From positions 2,041-66,040 of the forward strand of contig CAZINX010000004.1 of the NCBI GenBank assembly GCA_964540795.1: a DNA stretch of 64,000 nucleotides, written 5' to 3'. Shown piece after piece: positions 48,585-61,948 of the stretch. The position numbers and the translations under genes were made by a program. Within the stretch, counting starts at the first letter, position 1, and each line of letters begins with the position of its first letter. The stretch is from an uncultured Hyphomicrobiaceae bacterium (GTDB lineage: Bacteria; Pseudomonadota; Alphaproteobacteria; Rhizobiales; Rhodomicrobiaceae). A model generated the notes under the pieces. That model was not told where the DNA came from. It did no database searches and saw only the letters and a program-made list of their open reading frames with translations.

Positions 48585-49508
48585 TTAGCCCCAGGGGCCT
48601 TCGCTGCGCGCGCCCCACGGGCCGCCCTCGGCCGCGCTCACGCTGCCGCCCTGACCCATTTCGCTAGCCATTGCCCGCAGCCGCGCGATGCGCTCCTCGG
48701 TCGGCGGGTGCGTGGAGAACAGGTTGTCCATGCGCAGTCCGGCCAGCGGATTGATGATGAACATATGCGCGGTCGCCGGGTTGCGTTCGGCATGATCGTT
48801 CTGGATGCGCTTGGCCGCGCCGGAGATCTTTTCCAGCGCAGAGGCCAGCCAGAGCGGGCGCTGGCAGATTTCGGCGCCGAGTTGGTCGGCCTTGTATTCG
48901 CGCGCGCGGCTGATCGACATCTGGATGAGCGCCGCGGCGATTGGCGCGAGGATGACCAGAAGCAGAATGCCGATGATCCCGAATGGGCTGTTGTTGTCGC
49001 GCGAGCCGCCGAAGAACAGTCCGAACTGCGCCAGCATCGAAATCGCGCCGCCGATCGTTGCGGCGATGGTCATGATGAGCGTGTCGCGGTTCTCTACATG
49101 CGCCAGCTCATGCGCCATCACGCCGGCGACCTCCTCGCGGCTCAGTGTCCGCAAAAGCCCTACGGTCGCGGCAACGGCGGCGTTCTCCGGGTTGCGCCCA
49201 GTCGCGAAGGCGTTGGGCTGATCCTCGTGGATCAGATACACCTTCGGCATCGGCAGGTTCGCGTTGCGCGCGAGCTGGCGGACAATGTCATATAGCTCCG
49301 GCGCCGTGCGTTCGTCGACCTCCTGCGCGCCGCTCATGCGCAGCACGATCTTGTCGGCGTTCCAGTAACTTATGAAGTTCATGCCGGCGGCGATCACGAA
49401 GGCGATCAACATGCCCGCCTGGCCGCCAATGGCATAACCGACGAGGACGAAAAGAGCGGTCAGCAATGCCAGCAGCATTGCCGTGCGCACATAGTTCATG
49501 TCATCCAC
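48585..49508 (-). CDS. htpX: zinc metalloprotease HtpX
   Basis: 307 aa. It has [10 protein letters not shown] and four TM segments. Confidence 0.9.
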   Translation of the reverse strand: MDDMNYVRTAMLLALLTALFVLVGYAIGGQAGMLIAFVIAAGMNFISYWNADKIVLRMSGAQEVDERTAPELYDIVRQLARNANLPMPKVYLIHEDQPNAFATGRNPENAAVAATVGLLRTLSREEVAGVMAHELAHVENRDTLIMTIAATIGGAISMLAQFGLFFGGSRDNNSPFGIIGILLLVILAPIAAALIQMSISRAREYKADQLGAEICQRPLWLASALEKISGAAKRIQNDHAERNPATAHMFIINPLAGLRMDNLFSTHPPTEERIARLRAMASEMGQGGSVSAAEGGPWGARSEGPWG

Positions 49509-49545
49509 TCCGCTTGTGGTCGCTGCGCCGGCACCGGCTTAGCGC

Positions 49546-50025
49546 CTAGATGAACTCGACTTTCAGAATCTCGTAGTCCTTGCTGCCCTTCGGCGTGACG
49601 ACCTCGACGCTGTCGCCGACGGACTTCCCGATCAGCGCGCGGGCGATCGGCGAGTTGATGGCGATGCGACCCTGCTTCACATCGGCTTCGTCGTCGCCGA
49701 CGATCTGATAGCGCAGTTCCTCGTCAGTCTCTTCGTCGACGATCGTGACGGTCGCGCCGAATTTGACCGTGTCGCCGGAAAGTTTCGACACGTCGATGAT
49801 TTGCGCGCGCGAGAGCTTGTCTTCGATGTCGGCGACGCGCGCCTCATTCAGACTCTGCTGCTCTTTCGCGGCATGGTATTCGGCGTTCTCGGAAAGATCA
49901 CCGTGTTCGCGCGCCTCGGCAATCGCCTGGATAATGCGCGGTCGCTCCTCCGATTTCAGGCGTTTCACTTCACGCTCCAGCGAAGCATAACCTTCAGCGG
50001 TCATAGGAACTTTTTCTTGCGACAT
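49546..50025 (-). CDS. greA: transcription elongation factor GreA
   Basis: 159 aa. It contains [20 protein letters not shown] and a C-terminal FKBP-like domain. Confidence 0.95.
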   Translation of the reverse strand: MSQEKVPMTAEGYASLEREVKRLKSEERPRIIQAIAEAREHGDLSENAEYHAAKEQQSLNEARVADIEDKLSRAQIIDVSKLSGDTVKFGATVTIVDEETDEELRYQIVGDDEADVKQGRIAINSPIARALIGKSVGDSVEVVTPKGSKDYEILKVEFI

Positions 50026-50119
50026 TTCCAGCCGTCTCCTGATTCCGGTTCAGTGCCGGATTTCACTCTAGCATTTGTGATTGAAGCAGCGTTTCGGGTC
50101 GTAATGCAATGCCCGCCGT

Positions 50120-53452
<3,333 letters not shown>

Positions 53453-53861
53453 TCAGCTCGCGCCGTGCGCCTGTTGGCCAGAGAAGTGGCGGGCCGTCGT
53501 CGCGCGCCCGCAATTGCGGCTCACGCGCTTATAAAGGATGTGACGCGCGAATCAACAAGGTCGTGTGAGAGAGCGTTGCCCGGTTGTTGCCGCGACCGCA
53601 CCGAGCCGGTCGCGGAGCGCGAGGCGGCCGAGCGCAAAATTGCGCGATGCCCATTGTGGAAAAGGGCGGCGTCATTCTGTATACTCGTTAAAAATTCAGG
53701 GATTTTCACCGGCCTGCTTCACACATAACGCTGATCGGTCGCCCACTTTCCTCTGACGATTTGCGATGTCCGCCAAGTGAGGGCAACACCAAGCCAAGAC
53801 TATCGGCGGAACGCTGAAGTTGCGTTCGTCTCAGCACACCGAACACAATACCAGGGTACGA

Positions 53862-55583
53862 ATGGAAGCGATCACTCAATCCCCTTTCGGAGAAATCGCG
53901 GCGCTGCTCGTGCTTGCCGCGCTCACCGGGTTCTTCGGAATCATCCTGCGGCAGCCGCTGATTGTCAGCTTCATTGCCGTCGGGCTGATCGCCGGGCCGT
54001 CCGGGCTGGACGTGGTGCACTCGGATGAGCAGATCGACCTTCTCGCCGAACTTGGCATCGCCGTCTTGTTGTTCCTCGTGGGCATCAAGCTGGACGTTAA
54101 GCTGATCCGGTCTCTCGGTACGGTGTCGCTGCTGACGGGCCTTGGACAGGTCGCTTTCACGTCGATCTTCGGATACTTCATCGGACTCGCGCTCGGTCTC
54201 GGGCACGTCACGAGCCTTTATGTCGCGGTAGCACTGACCTTTTCGTCCACGATCATCATCGTCAAACTGCTGTCCGACAAGCGCGAGATTGACGCGCTGC
54301 ATGGCCAGATCGCCCTTGGATTTCTGATTGTTCAGGACCTGGTCGTGGTGCTGGCGATGATCGTATTGTCGGCGATAGGCATCGGCGCTGGCGCGGACGG
54401 CGGCGGGGGGGCCGCCGATGTGCTGCTGGCGCTGGCCTCGGGGGTTGCGCTGGTCGCTTTAGTCGTGCTGTTCGTCCGCTACGTCGCGGACCCGCTGACG
54501 GAGCGGCTGGCCCGCGCGCCCGAACTGCTTGTCATCTTCGCCATCGCCCAGGCGGCGATGTTTGCGGCAATCGGTGATCTGGTCGGGCTCGGCAAGGAGA
54601 TCGGCGGTCTTCTGGCCGGCGTCTCGCTTGCGTCGACCCCGTACCGCGAAACCATCGCGGCGCGGCTCGCGCCCTTGCGCGACTTTTTGCTGCTGTTCTT
54701 CTTCATCGCCCTCGGGGCCACGCTCGATCTCTCGCTGCTTGGCACACATGTCACCGGGGCTATCGTCTTCTCGTTGTTCGTTCTTATCGGCAACCCGCTG
54801 ATCGTTCTCGCGATCATGGGCGCGATGGGATATCGCAAGCGCACCGGCTTTCTCGCCGGGCTGACAGTTGCGCAAATCAGCGAATTCTCGCTGATCTTCA
54901 TCGCGATGGGCGTGTCGCTCGGCCATGTCGAGCAGGACGCGCTCGGCCTCGTGACGCTGGTGGGTCTCGTGACCATCGCGGCGTCGACCTACATGATCAC
55001 GTACTCGCACAAGCTGTATCCCCTCTTCGAGCCTTATCTCGGCGTGTTCGAGCGCAAGGGCACGCCCCGCGAATCCGCCGATCAAGCTGAATTCGCGGGA
55101 CGCGATTACGACGTGCTGATCTTCGGTCTCGGACGATTCGGCACGGCGATCGGGATGCGATTGGCCAAGCGGGGCTTCCGCGTGCTGGGCGTGGATTTCA
55201 ACCCGCTGGCCGTGCGGCGCTGGCGCGAGCTGGGGCTGGATGCGGAATACGGCGACGCGGGCGAGCCGGAATTCGTGAAAGACCTGCCCCTCGCAAAAGC
55301 TCAGTGGGTCGTCTCCACCGTCCCGGTTCATGCGACCGGGCTGAGCCATGAGGATCCCCGCAATACGCTGATCCAGTTGATCCGCATGGCCGGTTTCCGC
55401 GGGCGCATCGCGGTGACCTCGCACCACAAACGCGACACCGAGCAGCTGTTCGCCGCTGGAGCCGACATTGTTCTGGAGCCGTTTCAGGACGCGGCGGACC
55501 GGGCCGTGGAGCTTGTTTGCGGCGCGGAAGAAGAGCAGCGCACGGAAATTCCTCAGATCGAGACAGAGGAGACGGCGTCCTGA
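53862..55583 (+). CDS. cation:proton antiporter (CPA2, Kef-type) with C-terminal RCK/TrkA-N domain
   Basis: The start is ATG 53862 (MEAITQSPFGEIAALLVL...). It has a polytopic N-domain and a Rossmann motif, VLIFGLGRFGTAIG. Confidence 0.85.
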   Translation: MEAITQSPFGEIAALLVLAALTGFFGIILRQPLIVSFIAVGLIAGPSGLDVVHSDEQIDLLAELGIAVLLFLVGIKLDVKLIRSLGTVSLLTGLGQVAFTSIFGYFIGLALGLGHVTSLYVAVALTFSSTIIIVKLLSDKREIDALHGQIALGFLIVQDLVVVLAMIVLSAIGIGAGADGGGGAADVLLALASGVALVALVVLFVRYVADPLTERLARAPELLVIFAIAQAAMFAAIGDLVGLGKEIGGLLAGVSLASTPYRETIAARLAPLRDFLLLFFFIALGATLDLSLLGTHVTGAIVFSLFVLIGNPLIVLAIMGAMGYRKRTGFLAGLTVAQISEFSLIFIAMGVSLGHVEQDALGLVTLVGLVTIAASTYMITYSHKLYPLFEPYLGVFERKGTPRESADQAEFAGRDYDVLIFGLGRFGTAIGMRLAKRGFRVLGVDFNPLAVRRWRELGLDAEYGDAGEPEFVKDLPLAKAQWVVSTVPVHATGLSHEDPRNTLIQLIRMAGFRGRIAVTSHHKRDTEQLFAAGADIVLEPFQDAADRAVELVCGAEEEQRTEIPQIETEETAS

Positions 55584-55649
55584 TACAGTGCACCGCCCCC
55601 CCCCGCGCCGGCAAGCTATGCATGTGCGGGCGTGTGCCGAAGGGTAAAC

Positions 55650-55688
55650 GGCGCGGCGGTCAGGGCGAAACCAGCTACGCGCCGCGCC
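55650..55688. terminator. hairpin between convergent kef-type and patatin-like genes
   Basis: GGCGCGGCG-(21 nt)-CGCCGCGCC forms a perfect 9-bp stem that abuts the patatin stop codon. The U-tract is weak. Confidence 0.35.
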
Positions 55689-58088
55689 TCATTCCGCCAC
55701 AGCGGCCTGCGCGCGGGCGGGCGGAAGCTCTGTGATGATGTCGGCGAGACTGCAGCGATTGTTGTTCAGCTTGTTCACCAGCTGAATGAAGTTGCGGAAC
55801 GACGGGCTCCGCCCGAAGACCGCCGCGGTCTCCGAGTCCGGCGTGTAAGCCGGGATCCTGCACTCGCTCGGGAACCCGATCTGCTCGGCGATCATGTTCT
55901 GGGTCGTCCGCGACAGGTGCCATCCCAGCGGCATGTAGAAGTAGTCGTGCTGCAGCTCCACCGAGTAGAACCGCTCGAACGCCTCGCCCGTCTTGACGCG
56001 CCATTTCGCCAACTGGCCGCGCCGCCGCCGCGTCTTGTCGAGCGTCATGACCGGCGCGCCAAACTCGGTTAGCCCCGCCGGCTCCAGATCGGCGGTGAAG
56101 TCCTCATTCAGGATGATGATGCGAAATTCCGGTTGAACATCGAGCGTGTCCGACAGCCGGTCGATCCGCTGCTTGATGCCGTTGACCAGGTCGATCGCGG
56201 TCTCGATCGCCGAGCTTTCGAAATAGCCGCCATCCACCAGGTTCTTCTGCGAGAAGTGGAACGGCGAAATCTGCCGCGGATAGGCCCCCGGCGGCAGGAT
56301 GATCGGGAATCGCGCGCTCAGGCTGACGGCAGTGGCGAGCGAGATGTCTTGCTCGGCCGGCAGGCCGTCCTCGCCCTCCGCCATGATCGGGTAGACGAAC
56401 TCCATCGGCACGATCGGGTCTTTCAGGAACGGCGCCACGATGAAACGCTCGCCGGTCTCCACGCTGGTGGTGTTGAGCACGAGGGTGGGCGCCTGCACCT
56501 CCGGGTCGCGGAAATCGGCCGAAACGCTGAGGAAGTTTTGCTCAAACGGAATCTCTCCCTCTGCCTCGCCGCCGTGGGCGCGGTTCGTGTCGAGCCATGC
56601 GTGATTCAGGCTGGCCTCGAAGGCGCGGGCGCGGTCGAGAACACCGAAGCCGGGCACGATGAACCGCTGAAAGAAGTCCGGGAACAGTGCGCCGGACAGC
56701 ACCGGCGACAGGAAGTCATGGCCCAGATAGGTGCGGATGTCGCGTTCGAGGTCGCTGACGCGCCCGTCCGTCCTGGCCTGAAGCTCGCAGTAATCCCCCA
56801 TCACCTCCGGGCTTTCGCTGCGCCGCGCCTGTAGCCAGAAGCTGTTGAACACGCTCGCGCCCAGGCTGCCGCCGGAGACGCCGCTGATGGCGAAAACGTG
56901 GTGGCGCAGCGCAGGGCAGGCCGTGTAAAGCCGCGCCATCGTCAGCGCCGCGAGATTGGCCGCATAGACGCCGCCGCCCTGCGCCGCGACCACATAGACC
57001 GGATAGGTCTGCTGAGCGCTGTTGGCATACAGCCGTTTGCGCTCGTCCGGCCGGGCGTCGAGCCAGTCCAGGAAGGCGATGTAAAGGTCGTCCGGCTTGG
57101 CCTGAGCCTCAGGGCTGGCCGGCTGCATCCGCACGCGATGGTTGTTGTTCCAGTTGAAGAACGCGAAGATCAGCGCCGCCGAGACGAGAATGGTGACCGC
57201 CGGGATACCGATAACGTCATAGATGCGCGTACAGCCCGCCAGCAGATAGGTCAGCGCCATCAGAAAGATGCAGATGATGGCGAAGCTGCCCGCGCCCGTG
57301 ATGATCCAGGTGACGAGCAGCGGCCCGCCGCCGAGCGAGCGGATGATCGGCTGGGCCGCCACCAGCGCGATGATCGCGCCGATCGCGACCACGATCGGAA
57401 TGAAATACCGCAGCGAGAACGGCTGCTCGCCGAAATGCGTGCCGCGCTGCGTTGCGCGCCACAGCAGAAACAGGAACATCACCAGCATCAGCGCCGCCGT
57501 CGCCTGAATGGCGATCAGCAGATACACCGCCACCTGATTGTAATTGTCGACGATGTCGGTGATGTAGGGCGGGAAATCGGTTTGCCCGCGCAGGCTCTGG
57601 ACGATGTCCTGGGAGACGACCGCGAACTGTCCGCCGACGGTCTCGCGCTCTTCGGCGCTGGGGATGCCGACCTCCGCGATCAGCCCGACGGTCGAGACGA
57701 CGCCGGCCGGCATCATTGCCATCATGACGCCGATGATCGGAAGCAGCGCGATAATCATCGAAAAGACATGAGAGATGACCCGCGCGAGCGGGCTGAAGGT
57801 GATATGCGGGTCAATATCGACGGAATTTTTCCAGAGCGAGCGCGACATCGACCAGAGAAAATAGCTCAGCGCTGCCAGCAGGATCAGCGAGATGATCGGC
57901 CGGTACGGCGCCGTCTCAACTTCGAGCGCCAGTGCGCGGTAGATTTCTCGGGTCTGGCCGGGGACGTAGAAAACGATGAATGCGCCGACCGAGATCAGCA
58001 GCGGCGCGCGCATATCCCAGATGACGTCGCCGATAATCTTGAAAAAGCGCCAGATGAGCGGCAGCTGCCCAGCTTCGCGTTGCGACAT
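55689..58088 (-). CDS. patatin-like phospholipase with a large N-terminal polytopic membrane domain
   Basis: It is 799 aa from ATG 58088 (alternative TTG at 58139). About 7-8 hydrophobic segments lie in the first ~330 aa. Then come the oxyanion AAQGGGVYAA, the nucleophile elbow ISGVSGGSLG and the catalytic Asp in LVDGGYFES. Confidence 0.8.
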   Translation of the reverse strand: MSQREAGQLPLIWRFFKIIGDVIWDMRAPLLISVGAFIVFYVPGQTREIYRALALEVETAPYRPIISLILLAALSYFLWSMSRSLWKNSVDIDPHITFSPLARVISHVFSMIIALLPIIGVMMAMMPAGVVSTVGLIAEVGIPSAEERETVGGQFAVVSQDIVQSLRGQTDFPPYITDIVDNYNQVAVYLLIAIQATAALMLVMFLFLLWRATQRGTHFGEQPFSLRYFIPIVVAIGAIIALVAAQPIIRSLGGGPLLVTWIITGAGSFAIICIFLMALTYLLAGCTRIYDVIGIPAVTILVSAALIFAFFNWNNNHRVRMQPASPEAQAKPDDLYIAFLDWLDARPDERKRLYANSAQQTYPVYVVAAQGGGVYAANLAALTMARLYTACPALRHHVFAISGVSGGSLGASVFNSFWLQARRSESPEVMGDYCELQARTDGRVSDLERDIRTYLGHDFLSPVLSGALFPDFFQRFIVPGFGVLDRARAFEASLNHAWLDTNRAHGGEAEGEIPFEQNFLSVSADFRDPEVQAPTLVLNTTSVETGERFIVAPFLKDPIVPMEFVYPIMAEGEDGLPAEQDISLATAVSLSARFPIILPPGAYPRQISPFHFSQKNLVDGGYFESSAIETAIDLVNGIKQRIDRLSDTLDVQPEFRIIILNEDFTADLEPAGLTEFGAPVMTLDKTRRRRGQLAKWRVKTGEAFERFYSVELQHDYFYMPLGWHLSRTTQNMIAEQIGFPSECRIPAYTPDSETAAVFGRSPSFRNFIQLVNKLNNNRCSLADIITELPPARAQAAVAE

Positions 58089-58204
58089 GGCTCGATACCC
58101 CCGGCTAAACCGGCCGTGTTGACCGTTTGTTAACCACAACTACCACGCAGACGCCTTTCGCAGAAGCGGTCGCGCGCTGTCCGCGGCCCGATTGTCCCCG
58201 ACCT

Positions 58205-58540
58205 TCAGATTTCGCAGTTGTTGCGCTGAAGAAAGCGCAGCAGGGTCTCGTAGCGCTCCTTGTCCTCAGCGGGGACGGAGTCGTCGTTCAGGATCTTGTC
58301 CTGCACCTGCAGATCGCTCAGCGAGGGGTCGCAGTCCTGCACCTGCTCGGCAAACATGCGGCCATAGAAGCGGTCGCGCGGGCAATAGCCGTAACGCACC
58401 AGCATTTCCATGCGCAATTCTGTCAGCGTCGGGCACTGAAGCCTTGAAAAGTCCTGGGCCAATGCGCCCGTCGCCGCCGCCGGCCCGAGGAACAGCGCAA
58501 TCAACAACGCGCGTCCCGTGCGTGACAGTTTCGCAGTCAT
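58205..58540 (-). CDS. small secreted 4-Cys protein (weak YARHG-like motif)
   Basis: 111 aa. The signal peptide ends ...ATGALA-QD. The stretch LTELRMEMLVRYGYCPRDRFYGRMF resembles the YARHG motif, from memory only. It lies directly upstream of, and on the same strand as, the patatin gene. Confidence 0.6.
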   Translation of the reverse strand: MTAKLSRTGRALLIALFLGPAAATGALAQDFSRLQCPTLTELRMEMLVRYGYCPRDRFYGRMFAEQVQDCDPSLSDLQVQDKILNDDSVPAEDKERYETLLRFLQRNNCEI

Positions 58541-58888
58541 GAATGCCTCCCAACCTGCCTATCCGCTTCAACCATGAGACATGGCGAATGAATAGGCGCT
58601 GAATACGCGGGCAAGCGCGGCACACGCGCGCCAGAGACCGCGTCAAAAGCTGCCGCCATATGTTGCGGCGACTGTGCCGAACCGGGATGCCGCGTGCAAC
58701 TGAATAGCGCGGGAGGCCGCGCGCGGCGAACGCCCTTGTGTCATTTCCGCCAGCCGCTTTCACGCCGGGTAACATTGGCTCAAAGCCGCGCCAGTGCGCC
58801 TGTCATCGGTGAGCCGAGTGAGCCAATATCAACACTTCGAGGATAAGCTGTTTTCAGGGTCGGGAGAGCCGCACGCCAAGGGCAATCA

Positions 58889-60175
58889 ATGGCAGCAGAC
58901 ACCACAGCCTCACTGGTCAGCGGCGCGACAGCCGCCCGTCCTGCCGATCGGCGCAGCGTTCCCGCCGTAACACCATCCCAAACCGTGGCATGGCCGGGCA
59001 TCCGGCTTGAGCGCATCGAGCCATTCTCCGGCCTCGGGGCCGAGGTCCTTGCAGTGCTGCGCACCTATCTGCGCCGTGTCGAGTTTGGCGCGGGCGAGCC
59101 GTTGTTCCGCGAAGGCGACCGGGCGGGCGGACGGCTTTACATCATCCTGTCGGGGGAGGTGTCGATCTGCAAAAGCGGGCACGACCCCGTCAGCCGCGCC
59201 CCGCTGGAATACGAGATTGCAGTGCGCGGGCCTGAGCAGATCGTCGGGTCCGTGTCGCTGCTAGACCGCCGGCCGGCCTCGGCGACGGCGCGCTGCCGCA
59301 GCGAGGTGACTGCGGCCGTCCTCGATCTCGACGCGATCCCGAGGGGCTCGATGCCGCGGAAGGTGCGCCGCGCGCTGGAAAACCAACTCGCCTTTTACCT
59401 GGCGACGCGGCTGCGCGACACGCTGGACGCGCGAGTCGATGCGCTGCGCAACGAGGCCGAACTGGCCGGCTATCGCAATGCCATCGCGCTGGTGCTGGTG
59501 GGCGCGCTGTCGATGCTGTCGGTCTATACGCTGGCGTTCGGCGCGGTCGCCGGCATGGACATCTCTCAGGAGACGCGGCTGGCAATCACCCCGCTGGTCA
59601 TCCTGGCCTTCGCCGCGGCGTTCCTCGCGGTCATCCGGCTCAGTCGCTTTCCGCCCGCCTTCTACGGGCTGCGGCTCGACAATTGGCGGCCCGCGCTCCG
59701 CCTGGCGGTCAAGGCATCGCTGATCTTCGTTGCGGGTATGGCGGCGTTGAAATGGCTGCTGATTGTCAGCGTGCCCGGTTTGGAGGGCTGGACGGTCATC
59801 ACGCCGGCGAGCATCGCTGATGGACAATTCTCATGGGGGCTTTACGCCAGCGTCATCGTGCTCTACGCGCTGTTCGTGCCCGCGCAGGAGTTCGTCGCGC
59901 GCTGCGGCATTCAGGCCCCACTTTATGCCTTCCTCGACGGGTCGGAGCTGGGGCGGCGCACCTGGGCGATCCTCGTATCGAATTTCGCCTTCGCCGCCGC
60001 GCACGCGCACACCAACCCGACCTTCGCGCTTGCGACCTTCGTGCCGGGCATCTTCTGGGGCTGGCTGTTCGCGCGCACGCACTCGCTGCTGGCGGTGTCG
60101 GTGTCGCACGTGATCATCGGCGGGACGGGCATTTTCCTGTTCGGGATCGAGGATTTCCTCGCCGCACTGTTCTAG
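58889..60175 (+). CDS. cyclic-nucleotide-binding domain fused to a CPBP (CAAX/Abi) intramembrane protease domain
   Basis: 428 aa. The cNMP domain is FSGLGAEVLAVLRTYLRRVEFGAGEPLFREGDRAGGRLYIILSGEV...IVGSVSLLDRRPASATARC. About 6 TM segments follow, with CPBP motifs PAQEFVARCG, FAFAAAHAH and SVSHVIIGG. Confidence 0.75.
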   Translation: MAADTTASLVSGATAARPADRRSVPAVTPSQTVAWPGIRLERIEPFSGLGAEVLAVLRTYLRRVEFGAGEPLFREGDRAGGRLYIILSGEVSICKSGHDPVSRAPLEYEIAVRGPEQIVGSVSLLDRRPASATARCRSEVTAAVLDLDAIPRGSMPRKVRRALENQLAFYLATRLRDTLDARVDALRNEAELAGYRNAIALVLVGALSMLSVYTLAFGAVAGMDISQETRLAITPLVILAFAAAFLAVIRLSRFPPAFYGLRLDNWRPALRLAVKASLIFVAGMAALKWLLIVSVPGLEGWTVITPASIADGQFSWGLYASVIVLYALFVPAQEFVARCGIQAPLYAFLDGSELGRRTWAILVSNFAFAAAHAHTNPTFALATFVPGIFWGWLFARTHSLLAVSVSHVIIGGTGIFLFGIEDFLAALF

Positions 60176-60201
60176 AGCGCCTCGCGTTCCACAGCCGCTA
60201 T

Positions 60202-60284
60202 GTCATTGCGAGCGAAGCGAAGCAATCCAGTCCCGTCCAGCATCGCCGCTGGATTGCTTCGGCCTTGTCAGGCCTCGCAATGAC
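60202..60284. repeat. REP-type palindromic element (GTCATTGCGAGCGAAGCG family)
   Basis: The sequence is GTCATTGCGAGCGAAGCGAAGCAATCCAG...CTGGATTGCTTCGGCC...CTCGCAATGAC. It lies between the convergent cNMP-CPBP and yejF genes. Confidence 0.85.
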
Positions 60285-60309
60285 CTGCGTTGAGCGCCCG
60301 AAAAAGATC

Positions 60310-61941
<1,632 letters not shown>

Positions 61942-61948
61942 ACCCGCC

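Noticed and set aside
55689-60175. The patatin effector plus cNMP-binding membrane protein might have been a CBASS or Pycsar system.
   Set aside because: No CD-NTase, pyrimidine/purine cyclase, or Cap2/Cap3-type gene lies within or next to the patch. The flanks are a Kef-type antiporter and the yej importer. It is kept only as an open hypothesis of an orphan or novel module.
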